A DNA stretch of 64,000 nt from Longimicrobiales bacterium (GTDB lineage Bacteria; Gemmatimonadota; Gemmatimonadetes; Longimicrobiales; Gaopeijiaceae): positions 960,001 to 1,024,000 of the forward strand of contig CBDAON010000004.1 in NCBI GenBank assembly GCA_965198065.1. Direction: 5' to 3'. Under the pieces are notes generated by a model. The model ran no database searches. It saw only the letters and a list, made by a program, of their open reading frames with translations, and was not told the origin of the DNA. This document shows positions 9,561 through 19,693 of this stretch, in pieces. Positions within the stretch are counted from its first letter, which is position 1. Every line of letters begins with the position of its first letter. The translations under genes were made by a program, and so were the position numbers.

Positions 9561-9800
9561 ATGCTCGGAACGCTGCTCACACTCTTCGCGGTGGGGTTCA
9601 TCGCCCTCCTCGCCATCGGCATCGTTCTGTCCGTCCTGGGCGTCGTGTTCTCGATCGCGGTCGGAATCGGGACCTTCCTCCTCTTCAAGGTGGCCCCCAT
9701 CGTGTTCCTAGGATGGGTGATCCTGAAGCTGGTGAATCGGGGCAGAGGGCGCTCTGGGCTGACCGAAGCGGACCGGGAGTTCCTGGAGAGCGGGGGCTGA
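9561..9800 (+). CDS. Small membrane protein (2 TM, LiaI-like size)
   Basis: RBS AGGAGA before ATG 9561; long hydrophobic stretch; 79 aa. Confidence 0.75.
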   Translation: MLGTLLTLFAVGFIALLAIGIVLSVLGVVFSIAVGIGTFLLFKVAPIVFLGWVILKLVNRGRGRSGLTEADREFLESGG

Positions 9801-9860
9801 CCGAGAGAGCACCCCCCGCGACGTTCCGCCGAAGCCGACGGTAGCCGGAGCCGCAACCGA

Positions 9861-10670
9861 TCAGGCGGGGGCCATCTCCGTCTCGGCGGACGGCCCGCCC
9901 GCCCTTCGGAACCGGACCCGCACGGGCGTTCCGATGCGCGCATTCAAGAGCTTCGCCGCGGACGTGTCGCGCGCGGCCACCTCAAGCCGCCCGTCCGAGT
10001 TCACGAGCGCGACGACCTCACTGGGCTTGCCCTCGCCGTACGTCTTCACGACCGGGATCGTCTGCCCCTCAACCTCGACCCCGTCCACCTCCTCGAGCTT
10101 TCCGCCGTGCAGGTTCGTGACGAGGTTTCCGAACCGGTCCATCGCGATCACCTGCCCGACGATCCCACCCTCCTCAACCTGGACCTCCGGCTCTCCCAGG
10201 CGCACGGGATCGCTCACGGGCGGACCCAGGCGGGAAAGGTGGAGCCCCCGCGCGAGGTAGGCCGCCGGCGGCGCGAACACGTCCCTACCATGGAACGTGG
10301 CGCTGGGCTCTGGCAGGACGTATCCCGGGCTCGTGATCTCGACGACGCGCGCGACTGTCGCCTCGTCGAGGACCCGACTGAGCATGCCGTTGTCCGGCGC
10401 GACCAGGAACCTGCGGTCTGCCTCGGCCGCCAGCGGCCGCCGGGCCGTGCCCACGCCCGGGTCCACGACCGCCACGTGCACGGTCCCGGCCGGGTAGAGC
10501 TGCCAGTACCGTCCCAGCGCGAGAGCGGCAGCCTCCACGTCACCCGGGGCGATCCCGTGACTCACGTCCTCCACGACAGCGTCGGGGTAAATGGAGGCAA
10601 TGACTCCCTTCATCGCGCCCACGTAGCCGTCCGGTGTTCCGAAGTCGGTGAGGAGCGTGATCCGGGACAT
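9861..10670 (-). CDS. SAM hydroxide adenosyltransferase (DUF62; fluorinase/chlorinase superfamily)
   Basis: ITLLTDFG, VVDPGVGTARR, APDNG, TFHGRDVFAP, DRFGNLVTN. Confidence 0.9.
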   Translation of the reverse strand: MSRITLLTDFGTPDGYVGAMKGVIASIYPDAVVEDVSHGIAPGDVEAAALALGRYWQLYPAGTVHVAVVDPGVGTARRPLAAEADRRFLVAPDNGMLSRVLDEATVARVVEITSPGYVLPEPSATFHGRDVFAPPAAYLARGLHLSRLGPPVSDPVRLGEPEVQVEEGGIVGQVIAMDRFGNLVTNLHGGKLEEVDGVEVEGQTIPVVKTYGEGKPSEVVALVNSDGRLEVAARDTSAAKLLNARIGTPVRVRFRRAGGPSAETEMAPA

Positions 10671-10676
10671 GGCTCG

Positions 10677-10916
10677 TCAGCTCTCCGATGGACGTTCCCC
10701 GGAAGCCGGGGGCCGCCAGGCGACGGCGGCCTCGAGCCGTTCGAGGATGGAGGGCGCACCCGGGACGTCCCGGACCTTCCGGTCACCCAGCTCCACCACC
10801 GACACCCCGGCCGCCCGAAGGACCGCGACGCTCTCGGGAAAATCCCTCACGACCGCGTGAAGGGGTAGCTCCGCGAGCCGGTCACGGCTGGGGCGAGGAT
10901 CGATTGGGATCTTCAC
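10677..10916 (-). CDS. Small protein, DUF1858/ScdA-N-like
   Basis: PLHAVVRDFPESVAVLRAAGV resembles DUF1858/ScdA_N; GTG start overlaps the mrp stop. Confidence 0.55.
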   Translation of the reverse strand: MKIPIDPRPSRDRLAELPLHAVVRDFPESVAVLRAAGVSVVELGDRKVRDVPGAPSILERLEAAVAWRPPASGERPSES

Positions 10917-12055
10917 CCGTCGTCCCCGCCGTCGGGATCCTTGAGCCTCCGGAGGACCTCGCCGGCCGTAGCCACGAGCGCTCGGGCCGCGGCGGACTCT
11001 GGGGACGAGAGGACGGTCGGGCTCCCCGCATCCCCCGCCCTCCGCACTTCCGGATCCAGCGGAACGAGGCCCAGGAGGGGCAGCCCCATCTCGCTCGCGA
11101 GCCGCCGGCCCCCCTCCCTTCCGAACACGTCGATCTCCTCCCCGCAATGCGGACAGAGGAGGGCGCTCATGTTTTCGACGATCCCGAGCACGCGCGTGTT
11201 CACCCGCTGGAACATCTTCACGCCGCGGCGGACGTCCCCCACCGAAACCGCTTGCGGGGTCGTCACCATGATGGCCCCCCCGACGTCGATCGTCTGCACG
11301 AGAGAGAGCTGAGCGTCCCCGGTCCCCGGCGGCATGTCCACAACCATGACGTCGAGCGGGCCCCAGTCCACCTGCTCGAGGAACTGCTTGAGGATCCCCG
11401 AGATCAGCGGCCCCCGCATGATCGCCGGCTGCTCCTCCTCCAGGAGGAAACCCAGGCTCATGAGGCGAACCCCGTGTGCCTCCAGGGGCTCAATCATCTC
11501 TTTCCCCTTCTCGCCCTTCACGCGCGGGCGCCGGGTCTCCCCGAACATCCTGGGAATGTTGGGCCCGTAGATGTCGGCGTCGAGGAGCCCGACCCGGAGC
11601 CCCTCACGCGCGAGCGCGGCCGCGAGGTTCGTCGCAACCATGGACTTTCCCACACCGCCCTTGCCGGAGGACACCGCCACCACGTGCTCGACATCGGACA
11701 GGAGGTCGGGCCTCGGCGTCGGCGCCGGAACCGAGCCGGGCCGGAGCCCTCCCGGAGCGCCCCGCGGTCCCGGGCGGGGTGGCGAGGCCTGGGAAGGAGA
11801 CGGCTGCGTCCGGGGAAGCTGCAGGTTCACCTTCACCGACTCGACCCCGTCCACGCTTTCGGCGGCAGCCCGCACAGTCTTCACCAGGTGTCCGGGATCC
11901 TCGGTCCGAAGGAGGAACGAGAACCGCACCCGCCCCTCGTCCCCAACCTCCAGATCCTCTACCTGACCGCCGCTCACCACATCGGTGCCCGTGTGCGGAT
12001 GCACGATGCCGGTCAGGGCGTGCATTACGGATCGCTTCAGCTCTTCCTTGGACAT
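10913..12055 (-). CDS. mrp: Mrp/NBP35 (ApbC) Fe-S cluster carrier ATPase with N-terminal MIP18-like domain
   Basis: SGKGGVGKS, DADIYGP, DMPPGTGD, TTPQ, ENMS..CPHC. Confidence 0.92.
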   Translation of the reverse strand: MSKEELKRSVMHALTGIVHPHTGTDVVSGGQVEDLEVGDEGRVRFSFLLRTEDPGHLVKTVRAAAESVDGVESVKVNLQLPRTQPSPSQASPPRPGPRGAPGGLRPGSVPAPTPRPDLLSDVEHVVAVSSGKGGVGKSMVATNLAAALAREGLRVGLLDADIYGPNIPRMFGETRRPRVKGEKGKEMIEPLEAHGVRLMSLGFLLEEEQPAIMRGPLISGILKQFLEQVDWGPLDVMVVDMPPGTGDAQLSLVQTIDVGGAIMVTTPQAVSVGDVRRGVKMFQRVNTRVLGIVENMSALLCPHCGEEIDVFGREGGRRLASEMGLPLLGLVPLDPEVRRAGDAGSPTVLSSPESAAARALVATAGEVLRRLKDPDGGDDG

Positions 12056-12175
12056 GCCCCGACTCCGTGCTGGTGGGGGAGCATCCCTAACATAGCGACG
12101 GCGCCTCCCCGTCCCGGAGAAGCGCCGTAACCAAGGTGCTGCTGGAAGGTGAGGACCCTTTCACTCCCCCTCGCC

Positions 12176-12412
12176 TCAGACTGCCGTGACCTCCGTCACT
12201 TCCGGCACTGTGCTGCGGATGCGCCTCTCGATCCCCTCCTTCAAGGTCAGCATGGAGATCGGGCAGCACTCGCAGGCCCCCATCAGGCGGAGGTGAACGA
12301 CCCCCTCTTGCTGATCGAATCCGAGGAGCTCCACGTCTCCACCGTCCGCGTGCAGCGCCGGCCGGATCTGGTCGAGGACCTCCTGGATCCGCCGTTCCTT
12401 GGAGCTGGGCAT
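12176..12412 (-). CDS. NifU/Nfu-type Fe-S scaffold
   Basis: IRPALHADGGDVEL, GACECCPIS..TLKEGIE. Confidence 0.9.
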   Translation of the reverse strand: MPSSKERRIQEVLDQIRPALHADGGDVELLGFDQQEGVVHLRLMGACECCPISMLTLKEGIERRIRSTVPEVTEVTAV

Positions 12413-12466
12413 CGATCATGACTCCTTGAAGGGCGCCGACGCGCTTGAGGGCCGGTGCGTTCGAAA

Positions 12467-12496
12467 AAGCTAGGGGCGCCCGGCTCGCACCGTCAA
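12467..12496 (-). promoter_or_regulatory. sigma70-type promoter TTGACG-N18-TAGCTT for the nfu-mrp operon
   Basis: Near-consensus hexamers; RBS AAGGAG before nfu. Confidence 0.55.
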
Positions 12497-12629
12497 CCGA
12501 GTAGCGATCTCACAGAGAACCGCGACGCGACTGACACCCCGAGTGTGCCCGGGGGGTTCCCGAGCGCGCATGCGCGGACCCGCCGGCCCCCCGGAGGGTA
12601 CAGAGCGAGCTTAGGGATACGCGCGGAGG

Positions 12630-12659
12630 TTGCGTACGGCTCCTTTTCGGTCGCATAAT
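12630..12659 (+). promoter_or_regulatory. sigma70-type promoter TTGCGT-N18-CATAAT upstream of wzc
   Basis: Hexamer match; RBS GGAGG at about 12711. Confidence 0.45.
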
Positions 12660-12726
12660 TCATCTGTTTCGCCCAGGCCCCCCGCGGGCGCAGAGTGGCT
12701 CCCGGAACGCGGAGGAAGCTTCGAGA

Positions 12727-15132
12727 ATGGCGAGCGATCCGAATCTTCAGCCAATTGGAACCGATCCCGGGCGCGTCGACGGGGGCGCGACCCACCTCTC
12801 CGATTACTGGCAGGTCATCGCTCGGCGGACGTGGCTCATCCTCCTCATTTTCGGGGTGACCACCGCGTCCGCCATCTGGGCGGCGTCCAGGCAGCAGATC
12901 TACTTCCAGTCGAGCCTCTCCCTCCAGGTCAACGACCCCCAGGAGCGGATGCGGAACTTGGTGCTCCCGGCCCGCATCTCCTCGATGACCATGTACGTGG
13001 ACCCGATCCAGTCGGAGATGGAGGTGCTCCAGTCGTCCACCATCGCGGCCGAAGTGGTTCAGGCGCTGGGGCTCCGCCTCGAGTCGACCACTCCGGGGGT
13101 CGTCCGCTCTGCCCTCTTCCGTAACGTAACGCTCGATCCGGCCGTACCCGAGGGGGGATACGAGCTGGTCTACAACGCAGAGGGCTCGGAGGCGACGCTT
13201 TTCACCGAGACTGGAGAGCCCCTCGGATCCGCCCGGATCGGGAACGTGCTGGACGCAGGCTCGATCCAGTTTTCCCTGCGGACCCCCCTAGGCGACGAGC
13301 GCACCTTCCCGCTCCGCGTCTTCCGGGTCCAGGACGTCTCGCCGCAGGTCCGGGGGGGAATCTCCGCGCAGCCGCGGCTGAACACGAACATCATCGATGT
13401 CCAGTTCGTGCACGCAGACGCCGAGCTGGCCCCCGCCATCGTGAACCTCGCGGTGGAGGCCCTCCGGGAATACGGCGCCCGCCGCGTGAAGGAGATGGCG
13501 GTCCGGGAGGTGAACTTCATCGAGAGCCGGCTGGACAGTGCCCGGGTCCAGCTCCAGTCCTCGATGGCCTCGATCCGTGCGTTCAAGGAGAGCCAGGCGT
13601 TCACGAGCCTCCCCTTCCGGGAGCAGAGCCTGGTGAACCGGAACCAGGATCTGATTGAGCAGATGGACGACCTCGAGCGCCGCCGGGGCATCTTTTCCGA
13701 GACGCTGCGGAGGCTCTCGAGCGGGGAGCTCATCGAGGGCGACCTGGTGTCGCTCACCGCGGAGCTCGCCGAGCTCCAGAACCCGCAGCTCCAGGACCTG
13801 ATCGGCCGGGATCGCGACGCCAGGGCCCGGCTCCGGATCCTGGTCACGGCGGAAGGGATGACGCTGGACCACCCCGACGCCCGATCGGTCCGGGCCGAGA
13901 TCGCCGAGCTCGAGACGAACCTTCAGGATGCGCTCGTCGCGAACTTGAGTGTCGTCGAGGGCCGCCTCCAGGAGCTTAGCGGCGAGCTGAACGACGTCGT
14001 CGCCGAGCAGCGCCTCTTCCCCGCGCTCGAGAACCAGCTGCAATCCCTTGAGGTGCAGCAGACGACGGACGAGGAGCAGTACCGCTACCTGCTGACGCAG
14101 CTCCAACAGGTGCGGATCACCGAGGCCGCGGCCACTCCGTACGTCGACATCATCGATCCGGCGGTGGGCTCTCGATCGCCATCCAGCCCCGCGGGCGCCT
14201 GAACGTTCTCCTCGGGGCGCTCCTGGGGCTGATCCTGGGGCTCGCGGCCGCATTCTTCCTGGAGTACTTGGATCGGACGGTTCTGACGAGCTCCGACGTG
14301 GAGATGCTCCTCGGGCTCCCGGTACTCGGCGTCGTTCCCAGGCTGCGCAAGATCCAGGAGGAAGGGGAGGAGGAGGGCGTTCCCCGTAGGCGGGTCCCGC
14401 TCGTCGTGGCGCTCGATCCGGTGGACCCGGCGGCCGAGGCGTTCCGGAATCTCCGCATGAACATGATGTTCATGAACACGGAGGACTCGCCGCTCCGCAC
14501 GATCGCCATCTCGAGCTCGGGGCCCGAGGAAGGCAAGTCCACCACGGCTCTGAACTTCTCGATCGTGCTGGCGCAGCAGGGACAGCGGGTGCTACTGATC
14601 GACGCCGACCTGCGCCGGCCGTCGCTCCAACCGCGCGCTCGATCTCCTGAAGGAGCCCGGGCTCACGAGCCTTCTGGTGGGCGAGGTGGACCTGAAGGAG
14701 GCGATCCGGCCGAGCGTCTTGCCAAACCTGGACTTCCTGCCCAGCGGTCCCTTCCCCCCGAATCCCTCCGAGTTGTTGAGCTCGAAGACAATGCAGCGCT
14801 TCCTGAACGACATGGAGGGGAAGTACGGCCACGTGGTGATCGACACGCCGCCGGTGCTCGCGGCCACGGACGCCGCGCTCGTCGCCGCGCACACGGACGG
14901 GCTGCTCCTCGTGCTGCGCTCCGGCTCGACGGAGCAACGCGCCTCCGAGCGCTCGGTGGAGCAGCTCCGCCGGGTGGGCGTGCGGCTGTTGGGCGCCGTA
15001 CTGAACGAGGTCGCGACGACCTCGTCCGACGAATCTTACTACCTCCAGTACTACCACGCGTACCGGCCGAGCGCGGAGCCCCGGGGCTTACAGCGGCTCC
15101 GGAAGGGGATGGCGAAGGTCCGCTTCTGGTAG
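12727..15132 (+). CDS. wzc: Wzc-type polysaccharide co-polymerase / BY tyrosine kinase, interrupted by two frameshifts (about 14170 and 14630)
   Basis: N-terminal Wzz-like TM, long coiled coil, second TM in the shifted frame (LNVLLGALLGLILG), EAFRNLR, Walker A GPEEGKS, DADLRRP, IDTPP, Tyr cluster YYLQYYHAY. Confidence 0.85.
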
Positions 15133-15150
15133 CCCGGCCCCCCGCGTGAC

Positions 15151-15753
15151 CTATCGGCCGGGCCCTCCGCCTGAGGGACGGACCAGTCGGCTCAGCGCGT
15201 GCACGTCCCCCGCCAGCGGATCTTGGAAAACCAGGTTTCGTCGCAGCAGGGCGTCCAGGAGCGCCTTTCCATCTTCGTCCGGCGCCAGCTCCGCCAGTCC
15301 GGACGCCGGCACTCTCCCGGCTTCCTCCACGCTCCGCCAGAGCACCCGCTCCCGATCCGTACCGATGCCCAGGAGCTCGAAGCAGTCGGGCTCGACCTCG
15401 GCCACGACCGCAAGCGCGTGCCGTTCGAGGACGGTCTCGATGGGCTCCCGGTGGTGCGGGCGCACGCCCCGAAGAACGAAGAACACGCCGCTCCTCGACT
15501 CCGTGTAGCGGAGTAGGAGTTTGGCCACCACCTCGTCTGCGCACGAGTAGTCCAGAACCGCCACGGAGGACAGGTCCACCAGGGACAGCGCCGGCAGGCG
15601 AAGCTCTCCGAGCTGCCGTTCGATCGCTAGGCGCACGGCCCTCCCGGTGGGGCGGGTCACCAGGTGGGTGTAGAACTCCGCGACGCTGCGGGCGAGCACG
15701 TCGCGAACGTCCACGGCCACCTGGTCCGATCGGAGGTCTCGGGCCCGCCTCAT
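15151..15753 (-). CDS. STAS-like (DUF4325-like) domain protein with probable C-terminal winged helix
   Basis: LVTRPTGRAVR, VDLSSVAVLDYSCADEVV (SpoIIAA-like D-x-S); C-terminal LWRSV..GRVPASGLAE..LLDALLRRNLV. Confidence 0.6.
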   Translation of the reverse strand: MRRARDLRSDQVAVDVRDVLARSVAEFYTHLVTRPTGRAVRLAIERQLGELRLPALSLVDLSSVAVLDYSCADEVVAKLLLRYTESRSGVFFVLRGVRPHHREPIETVLERHALAVVAEVEPDCFELLGIGTDRERVLWRSVEEAGRVPASGLAELAPDEDGKALLDALLRRNLVFQDPLAGDVHALSRLVRPSGGGPGR

Positions 15754-15783
15754 CCCGGCTGCTCCACGCCTCTCACGCCGCTC

Positions 15784-16680
15784 TCATGGACTCGACTCCC
15801 CATCGCTCGCCGGAAGAATGATCGTGATCTGGGCCCCGGGCACCGGGGTGAGCCCTTCCTCGAGAGGGGGCGCCTCCTCCCAGGCGGGCACGTCCGCAAT
15901 GCGCGCTATCCCGCTCCGGATCGCGATCACCCCGTCCCAACGGCGGACCTGTTTTCGGATCTGTTGGATGCCCTGGCCGCGGCCCTGGTCGGGGAAGCGC
16001 GTGAGCCCGTGGATGAAGGCGGCCTCGAGCGCCGTGGCGTCTCCCCATCGATCCCCGAAGCGACCGGAATGCTCCGCCGTGAGGGACTCCTTGAAGCCCC
16101 TCCCCACGTCGCCGACGCCGATGATCAGCACCGGCCTCCCGAGCCTCTTCTTCCAGAAGTACGCCTGGGCCGCCACCCAACCGGGGGCTCCCGCGTGCTC
16201 GAGGATGTTCTGGCACACCTCCGAGAGGATGACGGAGAACTGGAGCACGGCCGTGGGCGGGTACCGGAGGGTCCGGGACAGGATCGCGCCAGCCCGATCC
16301 TGCAGCTGCTCGATCAGGTCGTGCACGTCCCGGTTCTCGGCGATCGACGTGATCTCGAGGAGCACGTCGGACGCGCCGGCACCTCGAGCCGGCAGCGCTT
16401 CCGGCCCGCTGAAGATGTCGTCCGCCGCGGACCCGAACCCCATTCTCTGCATGTAACCTGAGACATCCCCGGAATCCGGCAGCCGTAGGCCGGAGCGCTC
16501 GCCGGTTCGATCCAGGAGGAGGCGCCCCGCGCAGAGGAGCCCGATCATCCCGACCGGATCCACCCAGCGGACGTGGCGCGCGTCGAACAGGATCTTGGGC
16601 TCGTCTCCCGTCCGGAGCGCAGCGAAGATGTCCTCGAGGGATCGGTAGTCCAGGGACGCGGGCAGGGACACGACCTTCAT
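15784..16680 (-). CDS. STAS + HATPase_c (GHKL) protein, anti-sigma/Ser-kinase-like
   Basis: N-terminal FDARHVRWVDPVGM; N-box SEVCQNILEHA, G1 DVGRG, G2 GRGQGI, terminal GAQITI; ATGA overlap with pfkB. Confidence 0.8.
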   Translation of the reverse strand: MKVVSLPASLDYRSLEDIFAALRTGDEPKILFDARHVRWVDPVGMIGLLCAGRLLLDRTGERSGLRLPDSGDVSGYMQRMGFGSAADDIFSGPEALPARGAGASDVLLEITSIAENRDVHDLIEQLQDRAGAILSRTLRYPPTAVLQFSVILSEVCQNILEHAGAPGWVAAQAYFWKKRLGRPVLIIGVGDVGRGFKESLTAEHSGRFGDRWGDATALEAAFIHGLTRFPDQGRGQGIQQIRKQVRRWDGVIAIRSGIARIADVPAWEEAPPLEEGLTPVPGAQITIILPASDGESSP

Positions 16681-17780
16681 GTGGAGCCTTCCCTCCCTCC
16701 CTTCGCGGCGCGGGCCGCGTCCACGCCCGCACCTCCCTCGACTCGTCCCAGAAGGTGGAGCCCCAGGCCCGCCGCGCCGCGGTGCTCCAGGTTCCGCCCA
16801 GCCCAGACGTTCGCCGTCCGCATCGCCTCTTCGAGCGGGGCTCCGGAGAGAAGCCTCGCGAGACAGGTCGCCCCCCACACGTCCCCGCACCCCGTCGGAT
16901 CCCCGTGGATCACCTCGTGCTCGCTCGGGACCTTTGCGGTCCGGGCCGGCCCTGGGGCGGCCATCCGCCGGCGTGCCCGCGGCCACGCGAAGGGGTCGTC
17001 CACGAACGCGGAGCTCGCGACGTAGGCGGCGCCGCGCGGACCGAGCGTGACGGCGATCAGCTTCAGGTCCGGGCCGACGGCCGACGCGGCGAGGCCCCAG
17101 GGGTCCCCGTGCTTCCGACCGAGCAGCTCGAACTCGCCCTCGTTCATCTGGACGGCGTCGAACGACTTGAGCCATTCGGCCCAATCCGCGAGCGGGCGCG
17201 GGACGCGGTCCCCGTGCTTGCCGATCCCGAGGAAGAGCGAATGGAGATCGGCGTACATTGGCCCTCCGAACGCCGCCCTAAGCGATCGCGCCGTCTCCAG
17301 GTCCATCTCGAACCCCGAGATGAAGTTGACGTAGAGGGCATCACAGTCCCCGGCGAGGGGGCCGAGCTCCATCCATGCCCAGGGAGGCACGCCGCCGCTC
17401 AGACGCTCGGCCTCCCGGACCTGGCCCATGTACCGGAGCTCGACCCGGTTGTGCGGCTCCTGGACGACCTTCACGCCCCGTTCCGCCTCGGTCCGCGGCA
17501 GCCCGCGGAGGTAGCGGAAGGCATCCTCCGCCTTGTCCATTCCGACCTTAAGTAGAGGAAGAACTCTCCAGCCCGGAGGGAGACCCGCGGAGAGGGCCTC
17601 GAGCGCGTAGCCGATCCCTCCCCACTCCTCGATCGGGCCCGGGCGCCCGTCCCGGTAGTGAATCGTGTCCCAGACCAGGGTTCCGACGACCCCGAGCGTG
17701 CGGGAAGCGTCGGCGGGTGGGCGGTCCGCGCGCTGCGAGGGGGGCGTGCCGCCGGAGGACCCGAAGGCTGGATCAGACAT
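16677..17780 (-). CDS. PfkB-family carbohydrate kinase
   Basis: [36 protein letters not shown]. Confidence 0.8.
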   Translation of the reverse strand: MSDPAFGSSGGTPPSQRADRPPADASRTLGVVGTLVWDTIHYRDGRPGPIEEWGGIGYALEALSAGLPPGWRVLPLLKVGMDKAEDAFRYLRGLPRTEAERGVKVVQEPHNRVELRYMGQVREAERLSGGVPPWAWMELGPLAGDCDALYVNFISGFEMDLETARSLRAAFGGPMYADLHSLFLGIGKHGDRVPRPLADWAEWLKSFDAVQMNEGEFELLGRKHGDPWGLAASAVGPDLKLIAVTLGPRGAAYVASSAFVDDPFAWPRARRRMAAPGPARTAKVPSEHEVIHGDPTGCGDVWGATCLARLLSGAPLEEAMRTANVWAGRNLEHRGAAGLGLHLLGRVEGGAGVDAARAAKGGREGST

Positions 17781-19572
17781 CCAACGAGAGGACGGCCAGG
17801 AAGGCTTCCTGGGGGATCTCGACGGAGCCGATCTGCTTCATCCTGCGCTTCCCTTCCCTCTGCTTCTCCAGGAGCTTCCTCTTCCGCGTCACGTCACCGC
17901 CGTAGCACTTCCCCGTCACGTTCTTTCGGAAGGGCTGGATGTTCTCCCGCGCGACGATCCGTCCCCCGATCGCCGCCTGCAGCGCGACCTGGAACTGCTG
18001 CCTGGGGATCAGCTCCCTCAGCTTCCTCACCAGATCCCGTCCGTAGCCCTCGGCCTTGGTCTCGTCGATGATCACGGAGAACGCGTCCACCGGATCCGAG
18101 TTCACGAGAATGTCCAGTCGGACGAGGTCGCCCTCGCGGTACTCGAGGAACTCGTAGTCGAAGGCGGCATAGCCGCGCGTCCCGCCCTTCAGCTTGTCGT
18201 AGAAGTCGAAGACTATTTCCGCCAGTGGGAGCTCGTAGTCCAGCTCCACCTGCGACCGATCCACGTAGCGCATCTCTCTGAACACTGCCCTGCGCTCGTG
18301 TGCGAGCTTCTGCACGTTCCCGATGTACTCCGCGGGACAGAGGATCCGCGCCCGGACGACCGGCTCCGAGATCGTATCGATCACGCCCAGATCGGGGAGC
18401 TTCGTCGGGTTCTCGACCGTGATTACACTCCCGTCCGTGAGACACACGTGGTACTCCACGTTCGGCACCGTCGTGATCAGGTCCACCCCGAACTCGCGGT
18501 CCAGCCGTTCCTGTACGATCTCCATGTGAAGGAGCCCGAGGAAGCCGCAGCGGAAGCCGAAGCCTAGGGCAGCCGACGTCTCGGGCTCGAAGTGGAGGGC
18601 TGCGTCGTTCAGGCGGAGTCGCTCGAGGGCGTCCCGGAGCTCCTCGTACTCGTCCGAGTTGGTCGGGTAGACACCCGCGAACACCATCGGGCGGGCTTCC
18701 TTGTAGCCCGGAAGGAGCTCGGCGGCCACACGCATCGCGTCCAGAACGGTGTCGCCCACCCGCGTATGCGAGACCTCTTTGATCACGGCCGCGAGGTAGC
18801 CGACCTCTCCCGGCCCGAGCTCGGGGCAAGGAATCCGCTTGAGCTTCAAGGTCCCCACCTCGGTTACGTGGTACGTCCCCTCGTGGGATCCGAACGCGAT
18901 CGCCATCCCGGGTCGGACGACCCCGTCGACCACCCGGATCGAGGGGACGGCACCCAGGAACGGGTCGTAGTAGGAGTCGAAGATGAGGGCGCGCAGCGGA
19001 GCGTCCGCTTCTCCTCGCGGGGGCGGGACCCGCGTGACGACGGCCCCCAGAACGTCCCGGATGCCGACCCCCTCCTTCGCCGACACCTCGAGGATCGTAT
19101 CGGGATCCACTCCAAGGAGCTCGGCCAGCTCCGCTCGACGCTTCTCCGGCTCAGCGCTCGGAAGGTCGATCTTGTTCAGGACCGGGACGATCTCGAGCCC
19201 GGCGTCCACCGCCAGGAAGAGGTTCGAAATCGTCTGCGCCTGGATCCCCTGACTGGCGTCCACCACGAGGATCGCGCCCTCGCACGCCGCGAGGGAGCGG
19301 GACACCTCGTAAGTGAAGTCCACATGCCCCGGCGTGTCGATGAGGTTCAGCGTGTACGACGCGCCGTCCGCCGAGGCGTATTCCATCCGCACGGCGTGCA
19401 GCTTGATCGTGATGCCTCGCTCCCGCTCGAGCTCGTTCGAGTCGAGGACCTGGGCCCGCATGGCACGGGAGTCCAGCGTCCCGGTCATCTCGAGCAGGCG
19501 ATCCGCGAGCGTGGACTTGCCGTGGTCGATGTGAGCCACGATGCAGAAGTTACGGATCTGGGAGGTCTTCAC
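17773..19572 (-). CDS. lepA: Elongation factor 4 (LepA)
   Basis: [58 protein letters not shown] start inferred. Confidence 0.97.
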   Translation of the reverse strand: MKTSQIRNFCIVAHIDHGKSTLADRLLEMTGTLDSRAMRAQVLDSNELERERGITIKLHAVRMEYASADGASYTLNLIDTPGHVDFTYEVSRSLAACEGAILVVDASQGIQAQTISNLFLAVDAGLEIVPVLNKIDLPSAEPEKRRAELAELLGVDPDTILEVSAKEGVGIRDVLGAVVTRVPPPRGEADAPLRALIFDSYYDPFLGAVPSIRVVDGVVRPGMAIAFGSHEGTYHVTEVGTLKLKRIPCPELGPGEVGYLAAVIKEVSHTRVGDTVLDAMRVAAELLPGYKEARPMVFAGVYPTNSDEYEELRDALERLRLNDAALHFEPETSAALGFGFRCGFLGLLHMEIVQERLDREFGVDLITTVPNVEYHVCLTDGSVITVENPTKLPDLGVIDTISEPVVRARILCPAEYIGNVQKLAHERRAVFREMRYVDRSQVELDYELPLAEIVFDFYDKLKGGTRGYAAFDYEFLEYREGDLVRLDILVNSDPVDAFSVIIDETKAEGYGRDLVRKLRELIPRQQFQVALQAAIGGRIVARENIQPFRKNVTGKCYGGDVTRKRKLLEKQREGKRRMKQIGSVEIPQEAFLAVLSLDV

Positions 19573-19693
19573 GGACCGGAAGAGAGCGAGGTGGCCACGA
19601 AGGAGCTGTGAAAATAACTGGTCGCCGCTGGCGCGCGAAGGGGTTCGGGCTGTAGCGTTCGGGGTCCTGCCCTCCCTCTGATCGGGACCGGAA

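Noticed and set aside
9861..10670. Fluorinase/chlorinase
   Set aside because: Retains the Asp-Arg-His residues (DPGVG..RR, TFHGRD) typical of DUF62 hydrolases; no halometabolite cluster
12087..12419. Alternative ORF starting right after the nfu RBS
   Set aside because: ATG is only 2 nt from the SD and the product is low complexity; ATG 12412 gives a canonical Nfu
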